The position numbers were made by a program, and so were the translations under genes. Shown piece by piece: positions 49,626-59,026 of a stretch of DNA of 64,000 nt. Positions within the stretch are counted from its first letter, which is position 1. Each line of letters opens with the position of its first letter. The notes beneath the pieces were generated by a model that saw only the letters and a list, made by a program, of their open reading frames with translations, was not told where the DNA came from and did not search any database. This stretch comes from Bdellovibrionota bacterium (GTDB lineage: Bacteria; Bdellovibrionota_C; UBA2361; JBIKWN01). The stretch is taken from NCBI GenBank assembly GCA_044356295.1, contig JBIKWN010000006.1:15902-79901 (forward strand), in the 5' to 3' direction.

Positions 49626-50811
49626 AATTAATTAAATTTTCTTCCCAGCGCTTTGCGCTTTCTGGATCATTTACGCCGTTCAAGATAATAACAACAATTT
49701 TATCCTTTTTACCCACTGTTCGCACAATACCAGCAATTGAAATAACTCCTGATAAAGACCCAGATTTACCACGAAAAAATATTTTGGGATTAAAATCCCT
49801 CGTTTTAAGAGTTCCGCTCATATTTCCAATAGACAGAGAAGAAAGAAATTCAGAGGAAATATGTATACTACCCATAGCAAATTGTAATGTTTGGAATAAT
49901 GCTTTTGGAGTTATCCGATTTTTTTCTGATAACCCGGAACCATCGTACATTCGAACACCTTTGATGTTATGAGCTTGTAACCAAAGTTCAATACGTTTTA
50001 ACCCCCGCGTAAATGAAAATAGAATTCTATCATCCTTAGAATCTTTATTATCTGCTCCAAGTGCATATACCAAGCTATCTGCAAGCACATTTGTAGAATA
50101 GTGATTCAGATCAAAGAGGATCTTAGGAAGAGGCTCTGATAGGTGCCTATATACCAAGCGAGCATTCGTGCTAATAGATTGAAATGATATTTTAGGAGCC
50201 CCCATTCCAAGATCAAAGAGCACTTGCTTCCAAATAGATGCAAACTCCGCTTCTGGATTTTTAAGACTTTGATACTGAATGCTGCACTCATAAGGTGGAT
50301 TTTTACATACTACTTTTTCTTGTGAATTGTAATTAATTGAAGTGGCATGTGTTGTTGAATTATATGCCCTATCACCAGTTGTTTTTCGTTCTTCTTCATA
50401 GGAAGTACTATCAATTAGAAGAGTATCAACTGAGGATATACCTTGCGCTTTAAGCTTACGAACTATTTCATATACCTTTTCGGTTGTTAGAGTTGGGTCT
50501 CCTCCACCGCGAACCATGAGAACATTTTTATGATTAATTTTTTCATAGTACATGTGAGTAAAAAATCTAAAATCATTCCCAAGTTGATCAAGAGCAACTA
50601 CGGACGTGATAATTTTTTGAGTGCTGGCAGGTATGAGCTCTTCCTCGGCAAGTGAAGCATCATCAAAATGAGCTTCATTGGAATCTGCAACAACTAAACC
50701 AACTTGAGATGCTGGAGCCTTTTTTATTAATTGCTCAACTGTTTGAGCTTCACAAACAGCTACAACACTGAAACCGATGAAAAGTACCAGTGAAATAATA
50801 GAGCGGTTCAT
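49603..50811 (-). CDS. dacB: D-alanyl-D-alanine carboxypeptidase/endopeptidase (PBP4, S13)
   Basis: PASTQK (SxxK), GGGDPTL, STN (SxN), DGSGLS, KSG; start overlaps the ferredoxin stop (TAATG). Confidence 0.88.
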   Translation of the reverse strand: MNRSIISLVLFIGFSVVAVCEAQTVEQLIKKAPASQVGLVVADSNEAHFDDASLAEEELIPASTQKIITSVVALDQLGNDFRFFTHMYYEKINHKNVLMVRGGGDPTLTTEKVYEIVRKLKAQGISSVDTLLIDSTSYEEERKTTGDRAYNSTTHATSINYNSQEKVVCKNPPYECSIQYQSLKNPEAEFASIWKQVLFDLGMGAPKISFQSISTNARLVYRHLSEPLPKILFDLNHYSTNVLADSLVYALGADNKDSKDDRILFSFTRGLKRIELWLQAHNIKGVRMYDGSGLSEKNRITPKALFQTLQFAMGSIHISSEFLSSLSIGNMSGTLKTRDFNPKIFFRGKSGSLSGVISIAGIVRTVGKKDKIVVIILNGVNDPESAKRWEENLINYVYEKNS

Positions 50812-51161
50812 TAACCTTTTGATGTGCAACGGCACTCATCCAATTCTGCGTCAGAGAGCTGTGCTGTTTCTTCAAGATTATATTCAATAAAGACAGTTAG
50901 ATCCGATGGCACTCCTGAATCTTCATAGATAGCTTCAACTGGACATTCTGTTTCACACGCACCGCACGTAATACACTCATCGGGATTAATCATGAGCATG
51001 TCTGTATCGTTGTCAGATTTTGGATTGATACCGAAATCCTTATTATAATTTCTCTTCTTTTTTTTGCTCTTTCCAATATCGTAGAAACAATCAACAGGAC
51101 ACACTTCAACACAGGAACGATCTTTAGTACCAATACAAGGTTTTGTAACTACGTAAGCCAT
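50811..51161 (-). CDS. 7Fe-type ferredoxin (FdxA-like) with a basic insertion
   Basis: [17 protein letters not shown] and [16 protein letters not shown]. Confidence 0.9.
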   Translation of the reverse strand: MAYVVTKPCIGTKDRSCVEVCPVDCFYDIGKSKKKKRNYNKDFGINPKSDNDTDMLMINPDECITCGACETECPVEAIYEDSGVPSDLTVFIEYNLEETAQLSDAELDECRCTSKG

Positions 51162-51220
51162 TTCAAATTTATTTATAAATTAAAGAAAAATTTCGGAGTA
51201 AGAATATCAGGGTCGAGCAA

Positions 51221-51335
51221 AAGAAAAAAGGGACGCCTCTTTAAACTAAAAGAGAACGCCCCCACTCGCAGAAAGGATGGTGTGTCATGCCTTATGAAGT
51301 TCACTTCGACCTATTAGGCTGATGTCTGTATGCTT
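51221..51335 (-). ncRNA. Candidate small RNA / structured leader ending in an intrinsic terminator
   Basis: Minus strand shows two small hairpins, a single-stranded C/U-rich stretch, then stem gggcgttctcttt/aaagaggcgtccc plus a U tract. Confidence 0.3.
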
Positions 51336-51522
51336 TGAGCCTAAAATTTATAATTTTTTTTGTCATAAAACTTGAGGAAAATCTTTGGTTTTTTATTCAA
51401 TAATTTCAATATGTTACAAATCTATTATTTAAAGCCAGTTCCTTTTTCTTCTGGTGAATCCTCTTAAAACATCAGAGAATCACACTTCGTACTATCAAAC
51501 TTCCCATTGGAGATTTTAATCT

Positions 51523-52296
51523 ATGAAAAAAACCATCCTAAGCCTTGTTGCACTTGCTTCTTTGGCATTTATGTCAACTGGTTGTGCAAAACCACAACTT
51601 GATGCTCGTGCAGAAGCTGGTCGACCTGCCTCAGCGGAAGTATCACTTATCTCAATTCCATATAATCCTTCGATGCCTAAATTTGTTTTAGTTGTTGAAC
51701 CTTTTACGACAAGCTCAACAGTTTACAGCTTTACTTCAGGAGAAGCAGGACAAGTTCCAGTTGGAGATAAAATGGCTGCTCAGTTAATAACTGCACTTTC
51801 AAGAGTTGGAAACTTTGTTCTGTACGATAGTCGCTCTGCTAATAAAATCACTTTAAGAAAAGGCGAAAAGGGCCCTTTCTTAGTCAAAGCAACTCTTACT
51901 GAGTTCAATGAAAACGCAGAAGCATCTGAAGAAGATAATGGAGTTTCCCTTGGTGGAGTTGGAGCTGTACTAGGTATTGCAGGTGCAGTTTCAAGCAGAC
52001 CTGGTCTTATGTGGACAGGAGCTGGGCTTGCAGCAGCTAATCCTACTTACGAAAACTCACAAGCTGAGCGTAAAGGTATGGTAGCTTTTGATGTGCAACT
52101 TACCGAGAAAGGAAGTGGAAGAATTGTGGGTTCTTTTGAAGCATCAGGGACATTCAAAGCTCAAAGTGCTGTTAGTGGTATGAGCCTATTTGGTATTGGA
52201 AACCGCAAAGCTCAATTTGCTTCAAGTGCGATTGGGCAAGCTCTGCGTGTTGCAATGAACGACGCAGTGCAACATACCGTTGATACATTGCGCTAA
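51523..52296 (+). CDS. CsgG/HfaB-like lipoprotein
   Basis: Lipobox STGC; AQLITALSRVGNF, ATLTEFN, VAFDVQL, ALRVAMNDAV topology. Confidence 0.7.
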   Translation: MKKTILSLVALASLAFMSTGCAKPQLDARAEAGRPASAEVSLISIPYNPSMPKFVLVVEPFTTSSTVYSFTSGEAGQVPVGDKMAAQLITALSRVGNFVLYDSRSANKITLRKGEKGPFLVKATLTEFNENAEASEEDNGVSLGGVGAVLGIAGAVSSRPGLMWTGAGLAAANPTYENSQAERKGMVAFDVQLTEKGSGRIVGSFEASGTFKAQSAVSGMSLFGIGNRKAQFASSAIGQALRVAMNDAVQHTVDTLR

Positions 52297-52339
52297 ATCA
52301 ACCGTTAAATGCTGATTTATTCAGCATTTATTTGCTTTT

Positions 52340-52371
52340 GGGAGGAGATGACTTTGTCGTCTCCTCCCTTT
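52340..52371 (+). terminator. GC-rich hairpin / terminator
   Basis: gggaggagatgac-ttt-gtcgtctcctccc followed by ttt. Confidence 0.65.
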
Positions 52372-52382
52372 ATAATTTCTGA

Positions 52383-53255
52383 ATGCCAGATAAATTAATC
52401 AAAGTTGATGCCTGCGACGATGGTGTTGAACATCATTACGAACTCATTCAAGAAATAGCGCACGTACAAACTGCCCGTCAAAAAATTGAGATTGATAATT
52501 TTAAACGTTTCGGAGTTGGTGTTTGGATTGATGGCTGGCCTCAGTGTGCTGAATTTGATTCAGACCGTTATCACGAAGCACTTGTACATCCTTCCTTAAT
52601 TCACCGAGCTAGCAGTTCAACTCCATTTACTGCTTGTATTTTAGGTGGTGGTGATTTTGGAGTAGTCAATCAATTAGTTAAATATAAAAATTTGCAATCT
52701 GCTCATATGATTGATTGGGATTTAGAATTTATTGAACTAACAAAAAAACATCTTACGCCAATCCATCATGATTCATGGAAAGATCCTCGTGTTACTGTTG
52801 AAACAAAAAATCCAGATGTCTTTCAATTTTTCGAAGTCAACAAAGAGCAGTTTGATATTGTATTTGGAGATTTAACTGATCTGACTTCAATGGGCTCTGG
52901 GGTAAAAAGTTTTATTGAGCAGATTAAAACTCTTGTAAAAAGTGATGGTGTATTTGTGTCTCAAAGCTCGGAATATCCAACAATGCCCAGCCAATACGAG
53001 GAATTTATCTCAATGGTGAAAATGGTAGGTTCTATTTTTAAGAAAGTCTGGATTTATAAAACATATGTCCCCTCTTTTGCCTATGAGCAGGCTTTTATTC
53101 TTGGGACTGATTCATTAACCTTTAATCCTCTCGCATCCTCTGCTTCTGTGATTGATGAGAATATTTCAGCCTTGAATAAGCCCCTGACTGAGTATTCTGG
53201 TGCAATTCATCACGGAATGTTTGCACTGCCTCCATCCCTTACATCTCGACTTTAA
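52383..53255 (+). CDS. speE: Spermidine synthase-like aminopropyltransferase
   Basis: QKIEI, IDGWPQ, YHEALVHP, LGGGDFG, DPRV, DLTD, YVPSF. Confidence 0.85.
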   Translation: MPDKLIKVDACDDGVEHHYELIQEIAHVQTARQKIEIDNFKRFGVGVWIDGWPQCAEFDSDRYHEALVHPSLIHRASSSTPFTACILGGGDFGVVNQLVKYKNLQSAHMIDWDLEFIELTKKHLTPIHHDSWKDPRVTVETKNPDVFQFFEVNKEQFDIVFGDLTDLTSMGSGVKSFIEQIKTLVKSDGVFVSQSSEYPTMPSQYEEFISMVKMVGSIFKKVWIYKTYVPSFAYEQAFILGTDSLTFNPLASSASVIDENISALNKPLTEYSGAIHHGMFALPPSLTSRL

Positions 53256-53297
53256 AGCTAGTTTCGAATAGCATAAGAGTCTTCAGTTCAGTTCTAA

Positions 53298-53370
53298 GGC
53301 CCGGTAGCCAAGTGGCTAAGGCAGCGGTTTGCAAAACCGTCACGCGCCGGTTCGACTCCGGCCCGGGCCT
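53298..53370 (+). tRNA. tRNA-Cys (anticodon GCA), CCA not encoded
   Basis: Acceptor ggcccgg/ccgggcc with U discriminator, anticodon arm gcggt-ttgcaaa-accgt, T-arm gccggttcgactccggc. Confidence 0.96.
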
Positions 53371-53501
53371 ATTTCTTTTGTTTTTCTTACTATATTTTGT
53401 CCCGGGACGGAGGCGAACCTGCATTGCCGTATGGCAATGCAAAATAACACTGTGACTCCGGATTACTGCGGAGCAGTAATTTTACCCGGGCCTATTTCTT
53501 T
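53362..53501 (+). repeat. Duplicated tRNA-Cys 3' end enclosing an antisense T-arm copy and hairpins
   Basis: 17-bp direct repeat cccgggcctatttcttt at 53362 and 53485. Confidence 0.85.
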
Positions 53502-53549
53502 CAAAATGATTGTTGCCCCTGAGTTTCTAATTTGATGTACTTTGAAGTC

Positions 53550-54674
53550 ATGAAAAAAATTCCACTCTATTGTACTTTGTTCCTTCTATTAATTACCTCC
53601 TCAATCGCGCATTCGCAAACAGTACTCTGCGCCAGGAAAACAAATGGAATAATTACATTAAGAAATAAAAAATGTACTTCTAAAGAAACGAAAATCAGTA
53701 AGTTATCCCAGCTTAAAGGTGAAACTGGATCTGCTGGTACTAATGGCACAAATGGAACCGATGGCGATATTAAAGTTTGGGGCGACGGCTCTGCTGGATC
53801 TGTTACTTTTTCTTCATCGTATTCTGATAGCAATCCACAATTTACTAATATTACTTTTGAATCAGGATCTGCTTTTGCCAGTGGAGCTGTAATTCGAGCA
53901 ACTGGTACATGTACAATCAATGGTGCTATTAGTATCGAAAATAGTGGTTTTGGCGGACGTTATGAAACAATTACAGCTACGACTCTGAGCCCAGCGACCA
54001 GATTATCAACAACAGGAGTTTCCTTTACCAACGCAGGTTTTGGTGAATTTGGAACAAACGCAAATACTTTATCCGCAGGCAGATTTGGCATCGGATTATC
54101 TCCTGCTGAACTAACTTCGCTAAAAATAACTTCTGGTCATAGTTCTGGAGGAGCTGGCGGCCCTGGATATCTAGCTTCTGCTGGTGCAGCAGGTGGTGCA
54201 TTTGCGCTTTATTGCAAGCTTGGAATTGTGATTAACGCTTCAGGCTCTATAACCGCAAACGGGGGTAGTTCTGCTGGCGCTGTTGGTGGTGGTGGTGGTG
54301 GCGCTGGTGGCTTTATTTTTCTGGCATCATCGGGTTCTATAGTTAATTCAGGAACCATTAGCGCAAATGGTGGCGATGGCGGAGCTTCATCAACAAGAAT
54401 AGGTGCTGGAGGAGGTGGCTCTGGAGGTGTTGTTAGAGCAATTGCCCCTGTCATTACGATTGGAACAACATCAGTCACTGGAGGAACCGCAGGCTCTAAT
54501 TTAAGCCCTGTCACATCCAGCCCTAGAGTTGGTGGTAGCGGAGGCGGTGGGTTTGGTGGCGACGGAGGTTTAGGTGGCGCAGTATCCTCAGATAATATGG
54601 CATTTCCAGCAGGAAGTGGTGCAAGCGGGGCTGTAATTACTACGATTGCTGATCCTACATCACTAATATTCTAA
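53550..54674 (+). CDS. Exported glycine-rich protein with a short collagen-like segment
   Basis: Signal peptide; GETGSAGTNGTNGTDG; repeated GSITANGG/GGGGSGG motifs. Confidence 0.75.
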   Translation: MKKIPLYCTLFLLLITSSIAHSQTVLCARKTNGIITLRNKKCTSKETKISKLSQLKGETGSAGTNGTNGTDGDIKVWGDGSAGSVTFSSSYSDSNPQFTNITFESGSAFASGAVIRATGTCTINGAISIENSGFGGRYETITATTLSPATRLSTTGVSFTNAGFGEFGTNANTLSAGRFGIGLSPAELTSLKITSGHSSGGAGGPGYLASAGAAGGAFALYCKLGIVINASGSITANGGSSAGAVGGGGGGAGGFIFLASSGSIVNSGTISANGGDGGASSTRIGAGGGGSGGVVRAIAPVITIGTTSVTGGTAGSNLSPVTSSPRVGGSGGGGFGGDGGLGGAVSSDNMAFPAGSGASGAVITTIADPTSLIF

Positions 54675-54784
54675 ATTAGTACTTTATAAAAATTAAAAAA
54701 GCCTCTTTGCTATTTAAGCTTAAACAATTACTGTTTTAAAGTAGTTACTCTCATTAAAAGAACATTACCTTTTTGGAGCTCTTT

Positions 54785-55243
54785 ATGAATACATCTCAAA
54801 CTACAACAGGAATTTGTTGTCCATTAACTGGTTTTAATTTTTTTCTTAATCGAGAATTTATAACCGGATCTTTGGTAATGGTAATTTGGTCAAATCTTTT
54901 TTCTTTTTTTTGGCATTCAAAAATAATGGGTGAAGCATATCAAGCTACTGCTTCGCTTTGGAGGGGTCCTCAAGATATGGATACGCTGGCTCTGAACTCA
55001 GGGATTAGCCTTATGGCAATCATCGCAACATATATCTTTATGAAAGGTTATGAGGGTACAGGATGGAGAGAAGGTTTGCGTTTTGGAATTTTAATCTCTT
55101 TGCTTTTTCTTGGTATGGGATTGATTACTTTTGCTACTCAACCAATGCCAGCGGATATAATTAAAATGTGGGGACTAGGTGATTTAATTATGTTCTCTGT
55201 TGGAGGAATTATCTTGAGCACTATGGTAAAAAAGAAATGCTAA
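54785..55243 (+). CDS. Hypothetical 4-TM membrane protein (DUF1761-like)
   Basis: GGAG RBS, four hydrophobic segments, GWREGLRFG. Confidence 0.65.
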   Translation: MNTSQTTTGICCPLTGFNFFLNREFITGSLVMVIWSNLFSFFWHSKIMGEAYQATASLWRGPQDMDTLALNSGISLMAIIATYIFMKGYEGTGWREGLRFGILISLLFLGMGLITFATQPMPADIIKMWGLGDLIMFSVGGIILSTMVKKKC

Positions 55244-55262
55244 GATACGATATCTAGGTAGT

Positions 55263-55847
55263 CTAAGGCTTAATAAACCACCAAATATCGCTTTCCTTAG
55301 GAGTGAAAAACCCTTTTAGGTTATTAGCTTTTGCAAATTCAACTACGGCATTTTTTACACCTTCCCACCTGAAGTCATGACCAGAAAAAAGGCCACCTGA
55401 GCGAACTTTAGGATACCATGCCGCTAGATCTTGTTTTACCGCTTCGTAAGAATGATCCGCATCAATAAAAGCGAAATCAAAAGAATTATCGGGAAGAGTG
55501 GATGCCGCTTCAACGGAAGTCTTTTTTAATCGAATTGATCGATCTCCAAGAGGAGCTAAGCGACTGAGCGCTTTCTCTTCAGCTTTAGCCATTCGTTCTG
55601 CATCATACTCATGATAAGACAGGTATGGATCGACACTTACAAGACGAAGATTCGGTAAGTAATGCAATAAGTACAAACTAGTGCCTCCATCTAAGACTCC
55701 AACTTCAACTCCAAGTCCATTTTTAATTATATCGAGAGCTTCTATTAAGCTTCTTAAAACATTGAAATTATAAGCCCCTAAACATTCCGGAAGTAAAACC
55801 CCTTCTACCGCTGTTTCAAATGGATCTAATGTCATAATCATTCTCAA
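55263..55847 (-). CDS. Class I SAM-dependent methyltransferase (Methyltransf_24)
   Basis: VEVGVLDG, VDPY, FIDADHSYEAV, GGLFSGHDF. Confidence 0.88.
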   Translation of the reverse strand: MRMIMTLDPFETAVEGVLLPECLGAYNFNVLRSLIEALDIIKNGLGVEVGVLDGGTSLYLLHYLPNLRLVSVDPYLSYHEYDAERMAKAEEKALSRLAPLGDRSIRLKKTSVEAASTLPDNSFDFAFIDADHSYEAVKQDLAAWYPKVRSGGLFSGHDFRWEGVKNAVVEFAKANNLKGFFTPKESDIWWFIKP

Positions 55848-55855
55848 ATAAAAAA

Positions 55856-56458
55856 CTAAAAATCTGGTGCTACTGCCTGATTGTAAATAGTTTGAGATGC
55901 TGTGAGTGCAATTTGCTCAAGAGCAGTTTGCTCTTGGCTTCGAATAAATTGTCGTGGATCAAGACGAGCTAGACTTGAATCAGTTGTTAAGCCGCCTGCA
56001 AAAGATGCTGAGCCTGCTTGTAATCCTGCCTGTGAAGCTGCGACTGCCGAAGAGACTTGCAGATTAGGATTGCCCCACAACATTGTACCGTTCTTTTTAA
56101 CGAGTCGAACATCAATCACCACTGCAGTATCGAATTGCTGTGCAATGTCGGTAGTGTTGGTAACTGCTCTCGTCGTTCTTTTTACAGATTTGATTCGTGT
56201 GATAAGTTCCGCATCCGCACCTAAACGCTTATCTGTAACTTCAACAGCACCAAAGCGCTCGAATTGATCGCGTAAGCTCTCGGTTAAGATATTTCCAAAT
56301 GATCCTTCAGTCGAATCATTCTCTGCAAAAGGAATATAGATTTTTTTAACATCTGGGGGCAAAACACTGCCTGTTCCCTGCAAAGTATAACCACATCCAA
56401 GTAATGACGTTAGTGCTACCGAAAATAGTAAAGATAAAATAGAGAATAGGTGTTTCAT
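55856..56458 (-). CDS. lptE: LptE-like LPS assembly lipoprotein
   Basis: Lipobox LLGC-GY, KIYIPFAEN, LTESLRDQF. Confidence 0.7.
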   Translation of the reverse strand: MKHLFSILSLLFSVALTSLLGCGYTLQGTGSVLPPDVKKIYIPFAENDSTEGSFGNILTESLRDQFERFGAVEVTDKRLGADAELITRIKSVKRTTRAVTNTTDIAQQFDTAVVIDVRLVKKNGTMLWGNPNLQVSSAVAASQAGLQAGSASFAGGLTTDSSLARLDPRQFIRSQEQTALEQIALTASQTIYNQAVAPDF

Positions 56459-56463
56459 AAAAG

Positions 56464-56820
56464 TTATCCTTTTAGCGGACGATACCGGTTAAGCCTTTTT
56501 GGCAGGTTATCAGCATACGCCATGATAACCTTAGACTTTTGTCGAAAAGATGCCAACTCCTTACTACCTTCCAAAAGCCAATTTTTTGCTAGTTCAATTA
56601 TTTTTTCATGAGAAAAAAGTGCATTCTCGATGGTAATTCTATCTTGTTTTGTTAAATCTGCGCTTTCAATCCAAGTATCAAAGGAGCTTATATACTCCTC
56701 AAGGAGAGCTAACTGCTCGTTTCGTTCGGTAGAATCTAGGATTTTAGAAATAATTTCAGGAAATGGAGACTGATCAATAACCTTCTTTCTTGGGAAATCT
56801 GGAGAGACTTCTGAAGACAA
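56464..56820 (-). CDS. Hypothetical helical protein
   Basis: ORF tightly packed between fabI and lptE. Confidence 0.55.
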   Translation of the reverse strand: MSSEVSPDFPRKKVIDQSPFPEIISKILDSTERNEQLALLEEYISSFDTWIESADLTKQDRITIENALFSHEKIIELAKNWLLEGSKELASFRQKSKVIMAYADNLPKRLNRYRPLKG

Positions 56821-56825
56821 GCTGA

Positions 56826-57605
56826 TTACATCCCCATAATATTATAGCCACTATCAACATGAAGCGTTTCACCGGTAACACCTGCTCCAAGGTCGCTCAT
56901 AAGAAAAAGAGCGGAGCTTCCAACATCTTCACTAGTAACATTTCTTTTAAGGGGTGAACGTTCTTCAACAGCATGAAGCATCTGCTTCAAGCCAGCAATT
57001 CCAGACGCAGCAAGTGTCTTTATAGGCCCTGCAGAGATTGAATTTACTCGAATATTGAACTGTCCTAGATCATAGGCAAGATATCGTACGGATGCTTCAA
57101 GAGCAGCCTTTGCAACGCCCATGATGTTATAATTAGGAACAACTTTTTCAGCACCCATATAAGAGAGGGTTATAATTGAACCCCCTTTTTCTTGCATAAG
57201 TGGAACAAGGGCTCCTGCAACCCCTATTAAAGAATAAGCAGAGATATCAAGTGCTAATCTAAAACCTTCACGACTCGTTGTATGAAAACTTTTAGCTAAA
57301 TCGTTTTTATCTGCATAAGCTACGGAGTGAACAATACCATCTACGGTACCCCAACGATTTTTTAATTCTGATGCCAAGTTTTGTATTTGAATGTCATCTG
57401 CAACATCACAAGGAAGAACGACATTAATACCAAATTCTTCAGCAATAGGCCGTACTCTTTTTTCAATAGCTTCATTAACATAGGTAAGAGCGATTTCAGC
57501 ACCTTGGTCTTTTAAAGACTTCAAGATTCCGTAACCGATACTTCTTTCGTTAGCGACGCCGAGTATGACGACTTTTTTACCCTGCATTAGCATAGTATGA
57601 GTCAC
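56826..57605 (-). CDS. fabI: Enoyl-ACP reductase
   Basis: GVANERSIGYGI, YNIMGVAKAALEASVRY, ISAGPIKTLAA; start may be 57593. Confidence 0.96.
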   Translation of the reverse strand: MTHTMLMQGKKVVILGVANERSIGYGILKSLKDQGAEIALTYVNEAIEKRVRPIAEEFGINVVLPCDVADDIQIQNLASELKNRWGTVDGIVHSVAYADKNDLAKSFHTTSREGFRLALDISAYSLIGVAGALVPLMQEKGGSIITLSYMGAEKVVPNYNIMGVAKAALEASVRYLAYDLGQFNIRVNSISAGPIKTLAASGIAGLKQMLHAVEERSPLKRNVTSEDVGSSALFLMSDLGAGVTGETLHVDSGYNIMGM

Positions 57606-57614
57606 TCAAAGTGA

Positions 57615-57968
57615 TTAGTTAACAAGTTCGATGAGTGCCATATCAGCAGCATCACCAACACGAATCCCTGTTTTTAGAATTCTGGTGTAACCACCATTTC
57701 TTCCAACATATTTTGGGGCAATTTCACTATAGAGCTTATGAACAACATCTTTATCAGTGATGTATCCAAGAGCATCGCGTCGTGCTGCAAGTGTGCCAGT
57801 TCGTGCTTTTGTAATTAACTTCTCAACAACAGGTCTGAGTGCTTTTGCTTTTACAACAGTGGTTTCTGTCCTTCCGTGACGGAAGAATTCAGTTGCCATA
57901 TTTCGAAGCATCGCACGACGATGTGGAGTTGAACGGCCTAATTTTTTTTGTCGTACATTATGTTGCAT
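57615..57968 (-). CDS. rplQ: 50S ribosomal protein L17
   Basis: KLGRSTPHRRAMLRN, RNGGYTRI. Confidence 0.98.
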   Translation of the reverse strand: MQHNVRQKKLGRSTPHRRAMLRNMATEFFRHGRTETTVVKAKALRPVVEKLITKARTGTLAARRDALGYITDKDVVHKLYSEIAPKYVGRNGGYTRILKTGIRVGDAADMALIELVN

Positions 57969-57980
57969 GTTGCACCTCTA

Positions 57981-58997
57981 TTAATCTTTTTCAGGCTCTC
58001 TCATTGCTTCAAGCTCTTTACGGCTTGGGTAATTATCAAGCTTCATTCCAAGAGTAAGTCCCATTTCTGTGAGAATCTCTTTGATTTCGTTTAAGCTCTT
58101 ACGTCCAAAATTCTTTGTACGAAGCATCTCACCTTCAGAACGTGAAACAAGTTCACCGATATATTTAATATCAGCGTTTTCTAAACAGTTTGCACTTCTT
58201 ACTGAGAGTTCAATCTCATCAATTCTTCTGAAGAGATTTTCATTCATTCTTGATTTTGGCTCAGCAGACTTAACTTCAACCTGCTCAACGATGAGGTTTT
58301 CACCAACGAATAATCCAAGTTGATCAACAAGGATATGAGCTGCTTGCGCTACTGCAGAACGAGCATCAACTGAACCATTAGTCCAGATTTCCATTGTTAG
58401 TTTGTCATAGTCAGTTCTTTGACCAACACGAGCGTTAGTAACATTTAAGTTAACACGACGAATCGGCGAGAATACTGCATCGATAAAGATAGTTCCTGTA
58501 GGAGCTCCTTCAACTTTATTTTTATCAGCAGGAGAATAACCACGACCTACTTTAACAGTAATATCGATTGAAAGTTTTGCACCTTCACCAAGCGTTGCAA
58601 TGTGTTGTGCTGGGTTTAAGATTTGAACAGCAGGGTCCCCTGTGATCATTCCAGCAGTTACGATGCAAGGACCTACTGCTTCAAGACGAAGTTGAGCTTC
58701 ATCTTTATCTTCAAGATGTGGAACAACTTCTTTGAAATTTAATACAAGCTCAGTTGAATCTTCGATAACACCTGGAAGTGTTGAGAATTCATGCATTGCG
58801 CCATCGATTTTGATTGCAGTAATAGCAGAACCTTGAAGAGAAGAAAGAAGAATCCTTCTTACACTGTTACCAATAGTTAGACCGAACCCTCTTTCAAGTG
58901 GCTCAGCAACGAATTTTCCGTAAAGCGGATTTACATTATCCCCTTCAACTTCGATTCTTCTTGGTCGTATAAGATCTTTTAAGCTAATTTTTTTCAT
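57981..58997 (-). CDS. rpoA: RNA polymerase alpha subunit
   Basis: EPLERGFGLTIGNSVRRILLSS, ELSVRSANCL, NFGRKSLNEI. Confidence 0.98.
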   Translation of the reverse strand: MKKISLKDLIRPRRIEVEGDNVNPLYGKFVAEPLERGFGLTIGNSVRRILLSSLQGSAITAIKIDGAMHEFSTLPGVIEDSTELVLNFKEVVPHLEDKDEAQLRLEAVGPCIVTAGMITGDPAVQILNPAQHIATLGEGAKLSIDITVKVGRGYSPADKNKVEGAPTGTIFIDAVFSPIRRVNLNVTNARVGQRTDYDKLTMEIWTNGSVDARSAVAQAAHILVDQLGLFVGENLIVEQVEVKSAEPKSRMNENLFRRIDEIELSVRSANCLENADIKYIGELVSRSEGEMLRTKNFGRKSLNEIKEILTEMGLTLGMKLDNYPSRKELEAMREPEKD

Positions 58998-59026
58998 TTA
59001 AAAGGTACCTTTGAATTTAAAAATTA

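Noticed and set aside
53239..53535. Short ORFs overlapping tRNA-Cys
   Set aside because: Shadow ORFs of the tRNA and its downstream hairpins
56464..56820. FliT/FlgN-like flagellar chaperone call
   Set aside because: Only a vague helical resemblance and a non-flagellar context; left as hypothetical
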